Part shown: positions 36,083-46,507 of the stretch, one piece after another | Numbering within the stretch: position 1 is the stretch's first letter | How the letters are laid out: every line of letters begins with the position of its first letter | Virus record (IMG/VR): IMGVR_UViG_3300025890_000031 | Location: 1 to 57,276 of that record | Strand: one strand, 5' to 3' | Source: a virus | Lineage: Duplodnaviria > Caudoviricetes | Length of the DNA: 57,276 nucleotides | The notes under the pieces: model-generated | What the model saw: only the letters and a program-made list of their open reading frames with translations | What the model was told of the DNA's origin: nothing | Database searches by the model: none | Translations under genes and position numbers: made by a program

Positions 36083-36379
36083 TCAAGGAGTAATTTCTAT
36101 GCTACCAGTTATATTGCCGTCATCATCATAAGTATTACCATACTTTGTGCCTTCAAACCACCAATAATCGTTACCTTCTGCATCTTGACCTGGACTTGTC
36201 CATACACCGTCAATTAATTTCAAACCAATTGTATCTTCATCAAAAGTAGATAATTCTACATGGTCTGATAAATCAGAAAATAATTCCTCAGTGCCATCTA
36301 CAACTTGAATTACATCTGATGTTACTTGCTTAACTGCAAAACATACATTATGTTCGTCTTTAACTGCAAAAAATTTCAT
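36083..36379 (-). CDS. Acidic tail-fibre-associated protein
   Basis: Location in the fibre cluster; GGAG RBS. Confidence 0.55.
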   Translation of the reverse strand: MKFFAVKDEHNVCFAVKQVTSDVIQVVDGTEELFSDLSDHVELSTFDEDTIGLKLIDGVWTSPGQDAEGNDYWWFEGTKYGNTYDDDGNITGSIEITP

Positions 36380-36388
36380 TTAATCTCC

Positions 36389-36700
36389 TTATACTGCTTC
36401 TTCTATACCCCAAACATTTGCAACTGAACCAGCACTAGCATTAACTGCTATAAATGCTCCAGCTTCTAATACAATGTTTGTTCTTTCAAGAACATTTTGC
36501 CCACTTAAACTAAGAACGTCAACTTTGTGTTCAGTTCCTAATGTAGCCCCAGAAGGTGCAACGTAAACTGTTACATCATCAGCACTTGTGGTTGTATTTG
36601 CAATGTTTAAGTTAACTACTGCTAGTGTACTTGAAGGCACGGTATATACTGTACCGTTTGAGTCATCTCCATCTCTTCTAGCTAATAATCCACTTGCCAT
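36389..36700 (-). CDS. Small beta-rich virion structural protein
   Basis: VYTVP...LERTNIVL pattern; fibre cluster. Confidence 0.6.
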   Translation of the reverse strand: MASGLLARRDGDDSNGTVYTVPSSTLAVVNLNIANTTTSADDVTVYVAPSGATLGTEHKVDVLSLSGQNVLERTNIVLEAGAFIAVNASAGSVANVWGIEEAV

Positions 36701-36712
36701 TTATCTCTCCTT

Positions 36713-37498
36713 TTATCCGTTTAACCCAAAAAACAATGCCGAGCTATTTAGACTTGCTGGACTTGCTATTTGACTTGTTTTTACTTTTTTAACGGCACTA
36801 GCACTATTGTCATACAATAATACTAAATCATTATCGCCATCAACTGTAATACTTGTTCCGTCTGTTGCACCGTTTATATCTAAAGCTAATGCTCCAGATG
36901 TCATTGATACGCCACTAGATGCCGAAAAATATGCTGTTATAGCAGCAGTAGTAGGTATAGAAGTATCGTTATCCGAACTAGCTATTCCCTCTGAAGAAGT
37001 AACAATGGCTGTTCCTTTAAAATTGTCAACTTCAATATTTGAAAGTGTATTGTTATCAAGGTCTAAAGTTTTATTAGTTAATGTCTGTGAACCAGCTAAT
37101 GTTACAGCGTTAGCATCAATATATGTTTTAGCTGCTTTAGCAGAAGCTAATGTATCATCACTAGAACTTACAGAAGATAAATCTGTATCTAATACTCCAG
37201 AAGCAAAATCAGCAACTTCTACATTACTTAAAGCGTTACCTGTTCCATTTGCATCAAATGTTTTATTAGTTAGTGTTTCTGTGGCATCAGGAGCTACTTG
37301 TACCCAAGCAGAACCATTGTAATACTCAAAATCATTGGTTGTAGTATTAAATCTTATTTCTCCAGTTGAAGGTGAACTGTTTCTTTGTGCAGTTGTTCCT
37401 GCTGGCACTCTTAATCCAGCGTTTGCACCATCAGGAAATTCTTTAACACCATCATAGGTGCTTCCTGTCTGTGTTACCATTAAAGGTCTATTAGCCAT
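36713..37498 (-). CDS. Tail fibre-like protein, paralog A
   Basis: PAGTTAQR..GEIRFNTT..EYYNGSAW; TLTNKT repeats. Confidence 0.7.
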   Translation of the reverse strand: MANRPLMVTQTGSTYDGVKEFPDGANAGLRVPAGTTAQRNSSPSTGEIRFNTTTNDFEYYNGSAWVQVAPDATETLTNKTFDANGTGNALSNVEVADFASGVLDTDLSSVSSSDDTLASAKAAKTYIDANAVTLAGSQTLTNKTLDLDNNTLSNIEVDNFKGTAIVTSSEGIASSDNDTSIPTTAAITAYFSASSGVSMTSGALALDINGATDGTSITVDGDNDLVLLYDNSASAVKKVKTSQIASPASLNSSALFFGLNG

Positions 37499-38289
37499 TA
37501 TTCTCCTCCGTTAGCTATAAAAAATACCTTAGTTGTGCTAAGTGCAATTTTTGCAGCCATTTGGTTTGCTTTTATCTTTTTATTAGCCCCAGCGTCATTG
37601 TCATAAATAACTAATTCATCTGAACTAATATCAACATCTATGCTAGTACCATCAGTAGTCCCTGTAAAGTTAAGACTAAAAGCACCATTACTGTAAGTAA
37701 TACCGTTTCCACCAGAATAATAGTCAAAAACAGCAGCAGTTGTTGCTATAGAAGTGTTGTTATCACTAGAACTAATTCCTTCTCCTTCTAAAACTATCGC
37801 ACTTGCTTTAAAGTTATCAACTTCAATATTAGAAAGTGTGTTACTGTCAATGTCTATAGTTTTATTAGTAATAGTTTGGGAGCTTGAAGTGTTTGCTAAA
37901 GCAGTGCTTATATAATCTACTAAAGATTTTGCTGAAAATAAAGTATCGTCACTTGAACTTACTGAGCTTATATCTACATCTAAAACACCAGATGCAAAGT
38001 TATCAACTTCTATATTTGAGATTGTGTTACCTGTTCCATTTGCATCTATAGTTTTGTTAGTTAACGTTTGTGTTGCAACTGAACCAGCTTGTATCCAAGC
38101 ACTTCCGTTATAAAATTCTATAACATTGTCAGTAGTATTAAATCTTATTTCTCCATCATTTGGACTTGAATTTCTTTGTGCTGTAGTTCCAGCAGGTAAT
38201 GTTAAACCAGCATCTGCTCCGTCTGCATAAATACTAAGACCAGAAGCATTTCCTCCTGTGTCAGTAGCGTGAATCGGTCTTGTAGCCAT
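37498..38289 (-). CDS. Tail fibre-like protein, paralog B
   Basis: Colinear duplicate of 36713..37498. Confidence 0.7.
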   Translation of the reverse strand: MATRPIHATDTGGNASGLSIYADGADAGLTLPAGTTAQRNSSPNDGEIRFNTTDNVIEFYNGSAWIQAGSVATQTLTNKTIDANGTGNTISNIEVDNFASGVLDVDISSVSSSDDTLFSAKSLVDYISTALANTSSSQTITNKTIDIDSNTLSNIEVDNFKASAIVLEGEGISSSDNNTSIATTAAVFDYYSGGNGITYSNGAFSLNFTGTTDGTSIDVDISSDELVIYDNDAGANKKIKANQMAAKIALSTTKVFFIANGGE

Positions 38290-38798
38290 TATGTAATCTC
38301 CAATAAACTAAGAGTCATATCTATATAACTTCCTTCTAAAGCACCAGTAAAAGCATTTAACTTATCTCCAGTTTCTAAAAATAATTTGCCTTCAATTAAA
38401 TTATCTTTTGTATCAGCAGCAACAGTATAATCTTTAACTAGAAATACTGATTTGCCAGTTGATTTATCCAGTCGTAAATTAACATCTCCATTAGTGTCTA
38501 CAACATTAGCTACTTGTGCAGCTACAATTACTGTTTGAGTATTGCTAGGACAAGTATATAACAATGGATTAACTACTGTTAAGTTGTTTGTACTTCCTGT
38601 TTCATCTGTTATTACTAAAATATCACTAGCAGAAACATCAATAGAATCTGAAGAATCACCAGAAGCGTCAGTAAAAGCTAAATCTCCACTACTATCTAAT
38701 TCTAGCTGTGTTTGTGTGCCAGCAGCTGTAACAAAAGGAATAGAATGTTCCGTTTCATCTTCTAAATTAAATACTAAGTTTTTAAATGTTTCTGCCAT
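38289..38798 (-). CDS. Virion structural protein
   Basis: LYTCP...KLFLETGD..L...SLLEIT pattern. Confidence 0.6.
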   Translation of the reverse strand: MAETFKNLVFNLEDETEHSIPFVTAAGTQTQLELDSSGDLAFTDASGDSSDSIDVSASDILVITDETGSTNNLTVVNPLLYTCPSNTQTVIVAAQVANVVDTNGDVNLRLDKSTGKSVFLVKDYTVAADTKDNLIEGKLFLETGDKLNAFTGALEGSYIDMTLSLLEIT

Positions 38799-38804
38799 AA
38801 TTTC

Positions 38805-41372
38805 CTAACTTAACGCTAACAACAATCCTAACGACACTCCTACATCTTCAGCACTAACGCTCTCGTTTTCAGGTTGCCATTCTCCAGCTGTTGAATCCCA
38901 TTTTAATACCTGATTGGATTGTGGGCTAGTTGAAGAAACGTTGGATAAATCTCCTAAAAGTACAGTTCCTAAGTTAATATCTATTTCGTCATTTGAAGTA
39001 TCGTCTGTAACTGTTATTTTTGTTGAACCTGCATTTAGTTTTTTAAATTGTAAGTCTTCAACAGATTTTTGTTTAAATATACCTACACCAGCAGTACCAA
39101 CGTTAGACGCTGTATTTGATTCACCAGAACCAGCTAATCCACCTACAGATGATAATAAGAAACTTCCTGAACTATTATCCCAGAAAACGACTTTACCATC
39201 TTCAGGCGAACCAGGAGCAGAAAATCCTATATTGTTTAAATTTTCTAAGTCTGCTGCTGCAATTCTTGCATCTGCTCTAGCGTTAGTAAAGTATAAATTT
39301 GTACCTTCTGATAAGTCAGCTGTATCTTTAGTTGCTAATCTTGTATCAAATCGTGCATTTGTATAATACAGATTAGTTGAACCTTCACCGATATCATCTG
39401 TGTCTAAAGTAACATTAACCCAAGCAGACCCACTATATCTTAATACTTGATTTGTAGCTAAAGATGTTATAGTTACATCATTCATTTCGCTTATTTCATT
39501 TTCATTAGCTACTGCATTTGTAACAAAAGTTTCTGTAGCGTAACTATTGGTTGATAGATAACTTGCAACTCTTGCGTCTGTATAATACAGATTTGAACTA
39601 CCTTCTGATAAATTATCGGTGTCAAAGCCTGATAAAGATACAGTTGCGTTGATACCTCCATCAGTAGAATCATCATAAGTAAAACTTATTCCTGTATGAC
39701 TTCCGTTTGTTACTATTTGTCCACCAACAATGTCTTGAACATCTTCGGTATTAACAGTAGCTGTATTTGCTATTGTTAATGTATTCGCATTATCGTCATA
39801 GGTAATTGAAATATCTGTACCTGCTTGAAGTAAAGCATCTACTCTATCGTCTACTCTTTCGTCTGTATAATATTTATTAGACCCTTCAGATAAATCTCCT
39901 GTATCTTTACTTGCGAAATCAGTATTAAATAAACTTGTAGCGTAATATTTATTAGTTGTTCCTTGTGATAAATCATCTGTGTCTTTAGAAGTAAATCTTG
40001 TATCAAATCTAGCATTTGTATAATATTGGTTTGTACTTCCTTCAGTTAAGTTATCAGTAGTGTTTGAACCTAAATCTGTTCCTGATATAGATATAGCACC
40101 TGTACCTCCCATGCCAGAGTGTGCTGTACAGTAATAATATAATAAATCAGGTGTAGAGGCATCTACTACTATTTGAACATAAGCACCAGAAGTTCCAGAA
40201 GTTCCAGAAACTGTAACACCTGTTCCATAGTTAGTACCAGAGTTATGTGTTCCATCAGAAGTTGTACTAAATCTAAAAGGATGACCAGATACTGTATTAC
40301 TAGATACGTCAAATCTATAAGTTAAACCTGGTATTAATTGAATACGAGCAGTTTCTTCTCCATCTAAGAAATATCTATTACCAGAACCTGGGTTAGAAAC
40401 TGTTACTGCAAATTCAATAATACCTGTGTTATCTTCAAAGTTTATTGTTGAACTGTTTAATGTACCTTCAAGTGTACCTGCTACAAATGTTTCGCTTCCT
40501 ACTGTCCACTTATCAGTAGTTTCGTTCCAAATAAGTGTTTTATTAGTGTCATCTCCTCTTTCTACTTCTATACCAGCGTTTTCACTAGCAGAGCCAGTAG
40601 CATTAGAGTTAAGAACAATTTGATTATCAGCTAAGTTAATAGTTTCAGTATTAACTTCTGTAGTTGTTCCTGATACTGTTAAGTTACCTGAAACAATTAA
40701 GTTGTTAAATGTTACATTAGAAGTTGTAGCTACTTCCTGACCAATAGATATTGCACCAGTAGTGTTGTTATAAGTAACACCAGATGTTCCAGATAAACTT
40801 GTAAGGCTTATGAATGCACTATCATTAGTAAGAGTAGATATATTATCGCTTGGTTGTGTTGCACTATCAGCTAATGTACCTTGGGCAGCAGTAGCAAATC
40901 CTGCACTACTTATTCCATCTAAAGTGTCTGCATCTACATTTAAACCATCAATAAAAGATTTAGTTACTCTAGCGTCTATTGCAGTATTGGCTCTAGTAGT
41001 TGTAAAATATTCATTAGTGCTTCCTTCACTGACATCATCTGTATCAAAAGCAACATCTTGTGTACCATCAAAAGAAACACCATTAATTGTTCTAGCTGTT
41101 TCTAATTGTTCTGCTTTATAAGCAATAAACCCTATACCGCTAGCATCAATGTTATTAGCTAATTGAGAAACAGTAATAGTACTTAGAGTAGATAACGAGC
41201 CTAGACCTAAGCTAGTTCTTGCACCAGAAGCTGTATCAGCACCAGTACCACCATGAATAAGAGGTACAACGTGTCTAGTACTAACTGTATCTGAAAACTC
41301 TACAAGCGTAGTCGGATTACCATTACTATCTAATGTAACGGATATCGGCTTTTTATTTACTAAACTAGGCAT
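38805..41372 (-). CDS. Long tail fibre protein
   Basis: Many TDDLSEGxxNxYYTxAR repeats and an internal YYYCTAHSGMG domain. Confidence 0.75.
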   Translation of the reverse strand: MPSLVNKKPISVTLDSNGNPTTLVEFSDTVSTRHVVPLIHGGTGADTASGARTSLGLGSLSTLSTITVSQLANNIDASGIGFIAYKAEQLETARTINGVSFDGTQDVAFDTDDVSEGSTNEYFTTTRANTAIDARVTKSFIDGLNVDADTLDGISSAGFATAAQGTLADSATQPSDNISTLTNDSAFISLTSLSGTSGVTYNNTTGAISIGQEVATTSNVTFNNLIVSGNLTVSGTTTEVNTETINLADNQIVLNSNATGSASENAGIEVERGDDTNKTLIWNETTDKWTVGSETFVAGTLEGTLNSSTINFEDNTGIIEFAVTVSNPGSGNRYFLDGEETARIQLIPGLTYRFDVSSNTVSGHPFRFSTTSDGTHNSGTNYGTGVTVSGTSGTSGAYVQIVVDASTPDLLYYYCTAHSGMGGTGAISISGTDLGSNTTDNLTEGSTNQYYTNARFDTRFTSKDTDDLSQGTTNKYYATSLFNTDFASKDTGDLSEGSNKYYTDERVDDRVDALLQAGTDISITYDDNANTLTIANTATVNTEDVQDIVGGQIVTNGSHTGISFTYDDSTDGGINATVSLSGFDTDNLSEGSSNLYYTDARVASYLSTNSYATETFVTNAVANENEISEMNDVTITSLATNQVLRYSGSAWVNVTLDTDDIGEGSTNLYYTNARFDTRLATKDTADLSEGTNLYFTNARADARIAAADLENLNNIGFSAPGSPEDGKVVFWDNSSGSFLLSSVGGLAGSGESNTASNVGTAGVGIFKQKSVEDLQFKKLNAGSTKITVTDDTSNDEIDINLGTVLLGDLSNVSSTSPQSNQVLKWDSTAGEWQPENESVSAEDVGVSLGLLLALS

Positions 41373-42186
41373 AATCTACTTCCTCTAATTCTAAATTAAC
41401 TGAATTTCCATCACTATCAAGTATAGGAATAAGTAAATTAGTTCCATCTGATTTAGCAGTAGGAAATAAATTAGTGTTTGTTCCGTCTTGTTTAATAAAA
41501 TCAAAAGTTTGTGCTTCTCTTGCATACAAACCATCTTGAAAGAAAAAAGATTCAGCATCTATCTGAGTTGTAGTACTGTCAGATTTAGTAAACGGTATTG
41601 CTTTCCAACCAGGTCGTCTAGTATCTGTGTCTGTAACACCACTACCAGAAGCTGTAGAGTTAATTGTTATTGTATCAGATGAATCATCAGTAGTAATTGT
41701 TATGTTTGTTCCAGCTACAAAAGTTAAAGTATCAGAAGTGCTATCAGCTACAACATTGCTTTGACCTGATACAGATATAGTATTGAACGAATTAGGTAAT
41801 GTTTGCGGATTAGTCCAAGTAATATTCCCATTACCATCTGTTTTTAAAACTTGATTTGCTGTACCTGTATTTCCATTAATTTTTAATTTAGCTGAAAGTA
41901 TATCTACCATACCGTCTGTTTGTACTTTTATAGCAGGAACACCATAAGCAGCTATGAAAACAGGATGTTCTTGTGTTGTACCTAGAGTTAAAGATTGGTT
42001 AGAAAGAACAGACATACCGTCTAAATACAAGAAAGCATTAGAGCCAGTAACGCCAGCAGATTCTACATGAACAGTAGCATTTGCTACTTGTATGCCAGAT
42101 ACACCATCTTCAAAAGTCCACGCATCAGAACCACTAGCACTCGTTAATAATTTAACAGAAGTATTTTGATGTGTAGTTAAACTCAT
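41365..42186 (-). CDS. Tail fibre/minor tail protein
   Basis: QVLKTDGNG..W and DTLTFVAG fibre motifs. Confidence 0.65.
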   Translation of the reverse strand: MSLTTHQNTSVKLLTSASGSDAWTFEDGVSGIQVANATVHVESAGVTGSNAFLYLDGMSVLSNQSLTLGTTQEHPVFIAAYGVPAIKVQTDGMVDILSAKLKINGNTGTANQVLKTDGNGNITWTNPQTLPNSFNTISVSGQSNVVADSTSDTLTFVAGTNITITTDDSSDTITINSTASGSGVTDTDTRRPGWKAIPFTKSDSTTTQIDAESFFFQDGLYAREAQTFDFIKQDGTNTNLFPTAKSDGTNLLIPILDSDGNSVNLELEEVDYA

Positions 42187-45100
42187 GTTTCTAACTCCTC
42201 AACTCTAGCTTTTAATTCTTGTATTGATTTAACTAATACAGGGATAAGTTCTTGCATTCTAAGACCATAAAGTTCCCATCCATCTTCTGGTTCTTCCATT
42301 AGGTTTCCATCTCTATCAGTTTCTGTATAATTTTCTACTTCATAAGAACCTTGGGTGTACATTGCATAATTTTGACTATTACCTTTGTAATCAATAAGTT
42401 TTTGTTTTATATCTTGTGCAGAGAAACCGAGATGTGTTCTTACACCACCATCTTCCCATTTGTATTCAATAGGGCTTAATGTATCTATAAAATCTAATCC
42501 TAAAGTAATATCTTCTATATCTGTCTTTAAAGTTATATCAGAACTGTTAATAGTTGTATCTACAGCCCAAAGGTCTTGCCATCTCCTAGAAGAACTTCCT
42601 AATCCAAAAGAGTTATCTAAATTAGGTCTAAAATCTGAATTAATATAAGAAACACCTGTTCCAGATAATTGTAATCCAGTACTACCACCATTTGGTCTTA
42701 ACAAGAAAGTAGAACTACTTCCAATGTCAATAAAAGAGTTTGTAGCACCTACATGTTCTAGCCTATCGCCAGTTTGTACATTACCAGTAGCTTTTACTGT
42801 TTGACCTTGAACTGTTAAAGCTGAAGTAATATTTGCAGAAGTATTAATGAATACTGATGCTAAAGAAGCCGTACTTATTCTTGCAGCAGATATAGTTCCA
42901 GCGGTAATTTTGCTTGCATCTAAACTACCTATTTTAGCATTAGTAACAGAACCGTCTGCTAACTTAGCTTCTATTACTGCACCTGATGCAATTTTATCTG
43001 AATTAATAGCATTGTTTTGTATAGCATTTTGATAAACAGCATTACTTGCTAATATCGCATCAGTTACCGCATCATTAATTAATTGTGCAGTGTCTACAGC
43101 GTTATCTGCTATCTTATCTTGATTGATAGCATCATTGGCTATCATATCTCTAATAATATTTATAGAACTAGAAGATATTTTATTAAAGTCAAGCGAACCA
43201 GCATTGATTCTATCTGCATTTAATGTACCACCAGTAATGTTACTTGCTGATAAATTAGTCACAGTTATAGAACTTGCATCTATTGTTCCAGCAGTTAATT
43301 TGTCTGCTGATAAAGAATTTATCTTAGCATTTGTTATTTGTGCATCACCAATCTTAGCAGTAGTTATTTGAGCAGTACCAATGTGTGCAGTAGCAATAGC
43401 AGCAGTAGCTATGTGTTGTGAATCTATTAATGTAGCAGTAGCATTTTGCTGTGTACTAGGTACACTTTCATTACCGCTTCTATCTACAGCAGTAAATTTA
43501 AAATAATTTACATCAGTTGAATCTAATGGTATTACACCTTGAACAGGTATTTGTGAAGAAATATTTGCAAAAGTTACTGGTATTTCTCCTATCTTACTAT
43601 CAGTATTTACTGTAAATCCAGAAGTAGTAGAGCCATAAACATTTAATCTTTCTATATCTTTTTCAAGTGTGTAATCATTTAAGTCACCTTGTTTTCCTAA
43701 GCTGTGTGTAATCATTACTCTTAATGCTGAAGTAGCAATAGCGTCTGCTTGTTTAGGTTGAGAAGGAGCTGTACTGTCTGCTGGTATAGCAACAGTTATA
43801 TTTGAACTGTAAGTACTTTCATAGCCTTTAGTGTCCACAGCAGCAACACCAATGTGATAAGAAGTTCCTGTTATTAAGGAATATAGTGTGACTGCTCTAT
43901 CACTAAAGTCTGTAGCAACATATTGATATCCTGACGCTGTAGTTGGTTTATATCTAATTCTGTATTGGTAACCATCTACAATAGTTGTACCATCAGTATT
44001 ATTTGGTTGATTCCAAGTAACATCAACTGCACCTTCTGTAATACCTTCGTTATTAAGATATGTAGCAGCAGAACCAGCAACGCCAGTAGGTGTATCTGGA
44101 ACAGAGCCTAAGTCTGCATATTTATCTTGTATTCTTACACCAGAGAATTTTAAGTCATCAATTAAACTTTTTGGACTTTCACCAACTTCAATAGTTGCTT
44201 CTCCTGTGTCATATTGAACAAAACCACCTAGTGCTTCATAATTACCATCTTTATCTCTGTGATAAATACCCATACCAGCTGATACTGGAAAAGTAATTCC
44301 TAGTACACGAATAGAAACAGGGTTAATAATTTGACCACGATATTCTACAGAATTAGTTTCATCAACAAAATCTATGTCTGGGTCGTAAACAAATATACTG
44401 TCACCTGTATTATATTCTCCGTTAACATCATATATTTCTGTAATAAGTCTAATTGTTTGCTTAGTTCTGTTAAATTCATCTAAAGAAGCAGTGGCTCTTA
44501 CGTCTTTTTGATTGTCAGGTATATTAGCTTCGCTAATTAAAGCTGTTCTTTTCATAGTATTACCAAATAAATCTTTATAAGGTATAGAACTTTGTGTTGC
44601 TACACCTTCTGTAACACTAAACCCAGCATCTTCTCCTAATAATCGAACTTCAGAAACATAATCTTCAGCGTTAAATTCAGATTTAAGTTGTGATATTTGA
44701 ACACCAGTAATATTTGGGTCATCTCCACCTTGATTTCTAACAACAACTGTTGTTGGTGTAGTTGTAAATAAAGCAGATTGGCTACCTACATCTATTTCTC
44801 CATCTGGATTAATTCTATATTCTGCACCAGTCTGAACACATATTTGTTCCAATGCAGACTTTGCATTAGTGTAAATAAACCTACCAGTAAAATTTGTTCC
44901 TGTTTCTGTAATAGTACCTTTAATAACACCACCAGTAGCACCACTGTCATCTCTTAATATTCCATAAGGTGTTGTGTTGCTATCTAAAGCAGTATTAATT
45001 GAAACGTTATTAAAAGACCTAGTTGGTGTGTTTATCATTCGACCACGGTTATCTTTATCCCCTAACCATGTACCTAATCCCCTACCAACGACTGTCATAG

Positions 45101-45314
45101 TATCGCCATCAGTTTCTTTTCTTAAAATAACACCTGTATATCTAGCATTAGCCAAAATAGTATTGTCGTTATATTCATCTGGAGAAACAGGCTGTGGTGT
45201 CAATACAATGTGTGACCAAGCTGTTAATTTATTTAATACAGAAGTTGGTGTTGAATTAACATTTATTCTGATGTCAAAACGACCATCACCCATAAGTTTT
45301 TCAGTAACACTCAT
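42183..45314 (-). CDS. Central tail tip/fibre protein with FN3-like domains and C-terminal S74 intramolecular chaperone
   Basis: FN3-like region, 10-aa ITxAKI repeats, SDITLK..I...G..AQ...ELIPVLVKSIQEL. Confidence 0.85.
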   Translation of the reverse strand: MSVTEKLMGDGRFDIRINVNSTPTSVLNKLTAWSHIVLTPQPVSPDEYNDNTILANARYTGVILRKETDGDTMTVVGRGLGTWLGDKDNRGRMINTPTRSFNNVSINTALDSNTTPYGILRDDSGATGGVIKGTITETGTNFTGRFIYTNAKSALEQICVQTGAEYRINPDGEIDVGSQSALFTTTPTTVVVRNQGGDDPNITGVQISQLKSEFNAEDYVSEVRLLGEDAGFSVTEGVATQSSIPYKDLFGNTMKRTALISEANIPDNQKDVRATASLDEFNRTKQTIRLITEIYDVNGEYNTGDSIFVYDPDIDFVDETNSVEYRGQIINPVSIRVLGITFPVSAGMGIYHRDKDGNYEALGGFVQYDTGEATIEVGESPKSLIDDLKFSGVRIQDKYADLGSVPDTPTGVAGSAATYLNNEGITEGAVDVTWNQPNNTDGTTIVDGYQYRIRYKPTTASGYQYVATDFSDRAVTLYSLITGTSYHIGVAAVDTKGYESTYSSNITVAIPADSTAPSQPKQADAIATSALRVMITHSLGKQGDLNDYTLEKDIERLNVYGSTTSGFTVNTDSKIGEIPVTFANISSQIPVQGVIPLDSTDVNYFKFTAVDRSGNESVPSTQQNATATLIDSQHIATAAIATAHIGTAQITTAKIGDAQITNAKINSLSADKLTAGTIDASSITVTNLSASNITGGTLNADRINAGSLDFNKISSSSINIIRDMIANDAINQDKIADNAVDTAQLINDAVTDAILASNAVYQNAIQNNAINSDKIASGAVIEAKLADGSVTNAKIGSLDASKITAGTISAARISTASLASVFINTSANITSALTVQGQTVKATGNVQTGDRLEHVGATNSFIDIGSSSTFLLRPNGGSTGLQLSGTGVSYINSDFRPNLDNSFGLGSSSRRWQDLWAVDTTINSSDITLKTDIEDITLGLDFIDTLSPIEYKWEDGGVRTHLGFSAQDIKQKLIDYKGNSQNYAMYTQGSYEVENYTETDRDGNLMEEPEDGWELYGLRMQELIPVLVKSIQELKARVEELET

Positions 45315-46507
45315 GGCTTAACTGCTTTGACTACTTCATAGGCATTGTCTATATATTGGTCGTATACACTATCTGCTGTGTCAAAAGAATTAGCAGAAGA
45401 ACCACCTAATACATAACCAACCATAACTCTAAACTTTTCAGTTGATGACCTTGTTATAGCACCGTTTGTTTCGTCAAAAGTAATTGTATTAGCTGACCCT
45501 AGTAAATATCTAGTAGTGCTTAAATTTGATTGAATATATTTTTCATTAATATGTTTTGTTCCAGCTTCTGATGAAGTTAAACTAACCTTCATATTTGCAG
45601 CAGTCCATTGTGTCAATAATATATTTGCATGATGTGCACCTCTACGAAGTGTGAAGTCAGCAGTTAGTAATCCGCTAGTGTTAGCGTTGTAATAGCTAGT
45701 CAATCTAACTCCTACTTGTTCAGGCGAATTTTTTAATAAATGTAAGGTTTTCCATCCTCTAAATTCAGCTAAAGATGAACCACTTTCTATTTTATATTCT
45801 TTTGAAGTACCAAAACTGCCACTATCAAATATAGAAGTAGTAAATCTAGTTTGGTTTGTTCCTTCTCCAAAAGCTATTTTTATTATTCCGTTTGTAATGT
45901 AAGAGTTTGTAATATCATCTTGAAAGAATAAAGATGTTCTCGTTTTATTACCAGCAACTATTTTGCAACTGCCTTTATAAAAATCATCTTCGCCTACATA
46001 CCAAAAAGCAGAACCACCTTTTAAGGTTGTACCATATCTAATGTATTGTGTTCCTTCATCTGTAGTTCTAGTAACTGAGTTAAAACTTTGTTCCGAATCA
46101 TAGTTAAACGAACCTACAGGAGCAGCATGAAACTGACCATTAGTTGTACTACTAATACCAAAATTATTTGCTACTACTGCACCAGTAAATCTTGATTCAA
46201 ACTTTATATTGTTTGCGTCACCTAATTGGTTGATACTTATTCTATAACTAAAGCCACCAAAGCTAATTTTATTCATACTTATTTGTGCAGTTAATATCTG
46301 ACAAAAACCATTTAGTGTTGTGTCACCAGTGTATGAAAAAGGAACTGTTTCTTTCATAGAAGCTAATCCAGTTAGTTCATCTCTTAAATATTTCATATCG
46401 ACTATTTGTTGATTATTTAATATACCTGAAAAGTTTAAAGTACCATTCTCGTCTACTGATAGTTTAGCAGGTGAATTAATTGTTAATCTTCCTATTGTTA
46501 AACTCAT
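45311..46507 (-). CDS. Minor tail protein (distal tail position)
   Basis: Immediately downstream of the tape measure gene. Confidence 0.65.
   Translation of the reverse strand: MSLTIGRLTINSPAKLSVDENGTLNFSGILNNQQIVDMKYLRDELTGLASMKETVPFSYTGDTTLNGFCQILTAQISMNKISFGGFSYRISINQLGDANNIKFESRFTGAVVANNFGISSTTNGQFHAAPVGSFNYDSEQSFNSVTRTTDEGTQYIRYGTTLKGGSAFWYVGEDDFYKGSCKIVAGNKTRTSLFFQDDITNSYITNGIIKIAFGEGTNQTRFTTSIFDSGSFGTSKEYKIESGSSLAEFRGWKTLHLLKNSPEQVGVRLTSYYNANTSGLLTADFTLRRGAHHANILLTQWTAANMKVSLTSSEAGTKHINEKYIQSNLSTTRYLLGSANTITFDETNGAITRSSTEKFRVMVGYVLGGSSANSFDTADSVYDQYIDNAYEVVKAVKP

Noticed and set aside
34873-45314. Diversity-generating retroelement acting on fibre genes
   Set aside because: No reverse transcriptase and no template/variable repeat pair differing only at adenines was seen; the similarity reflects gene duplication.
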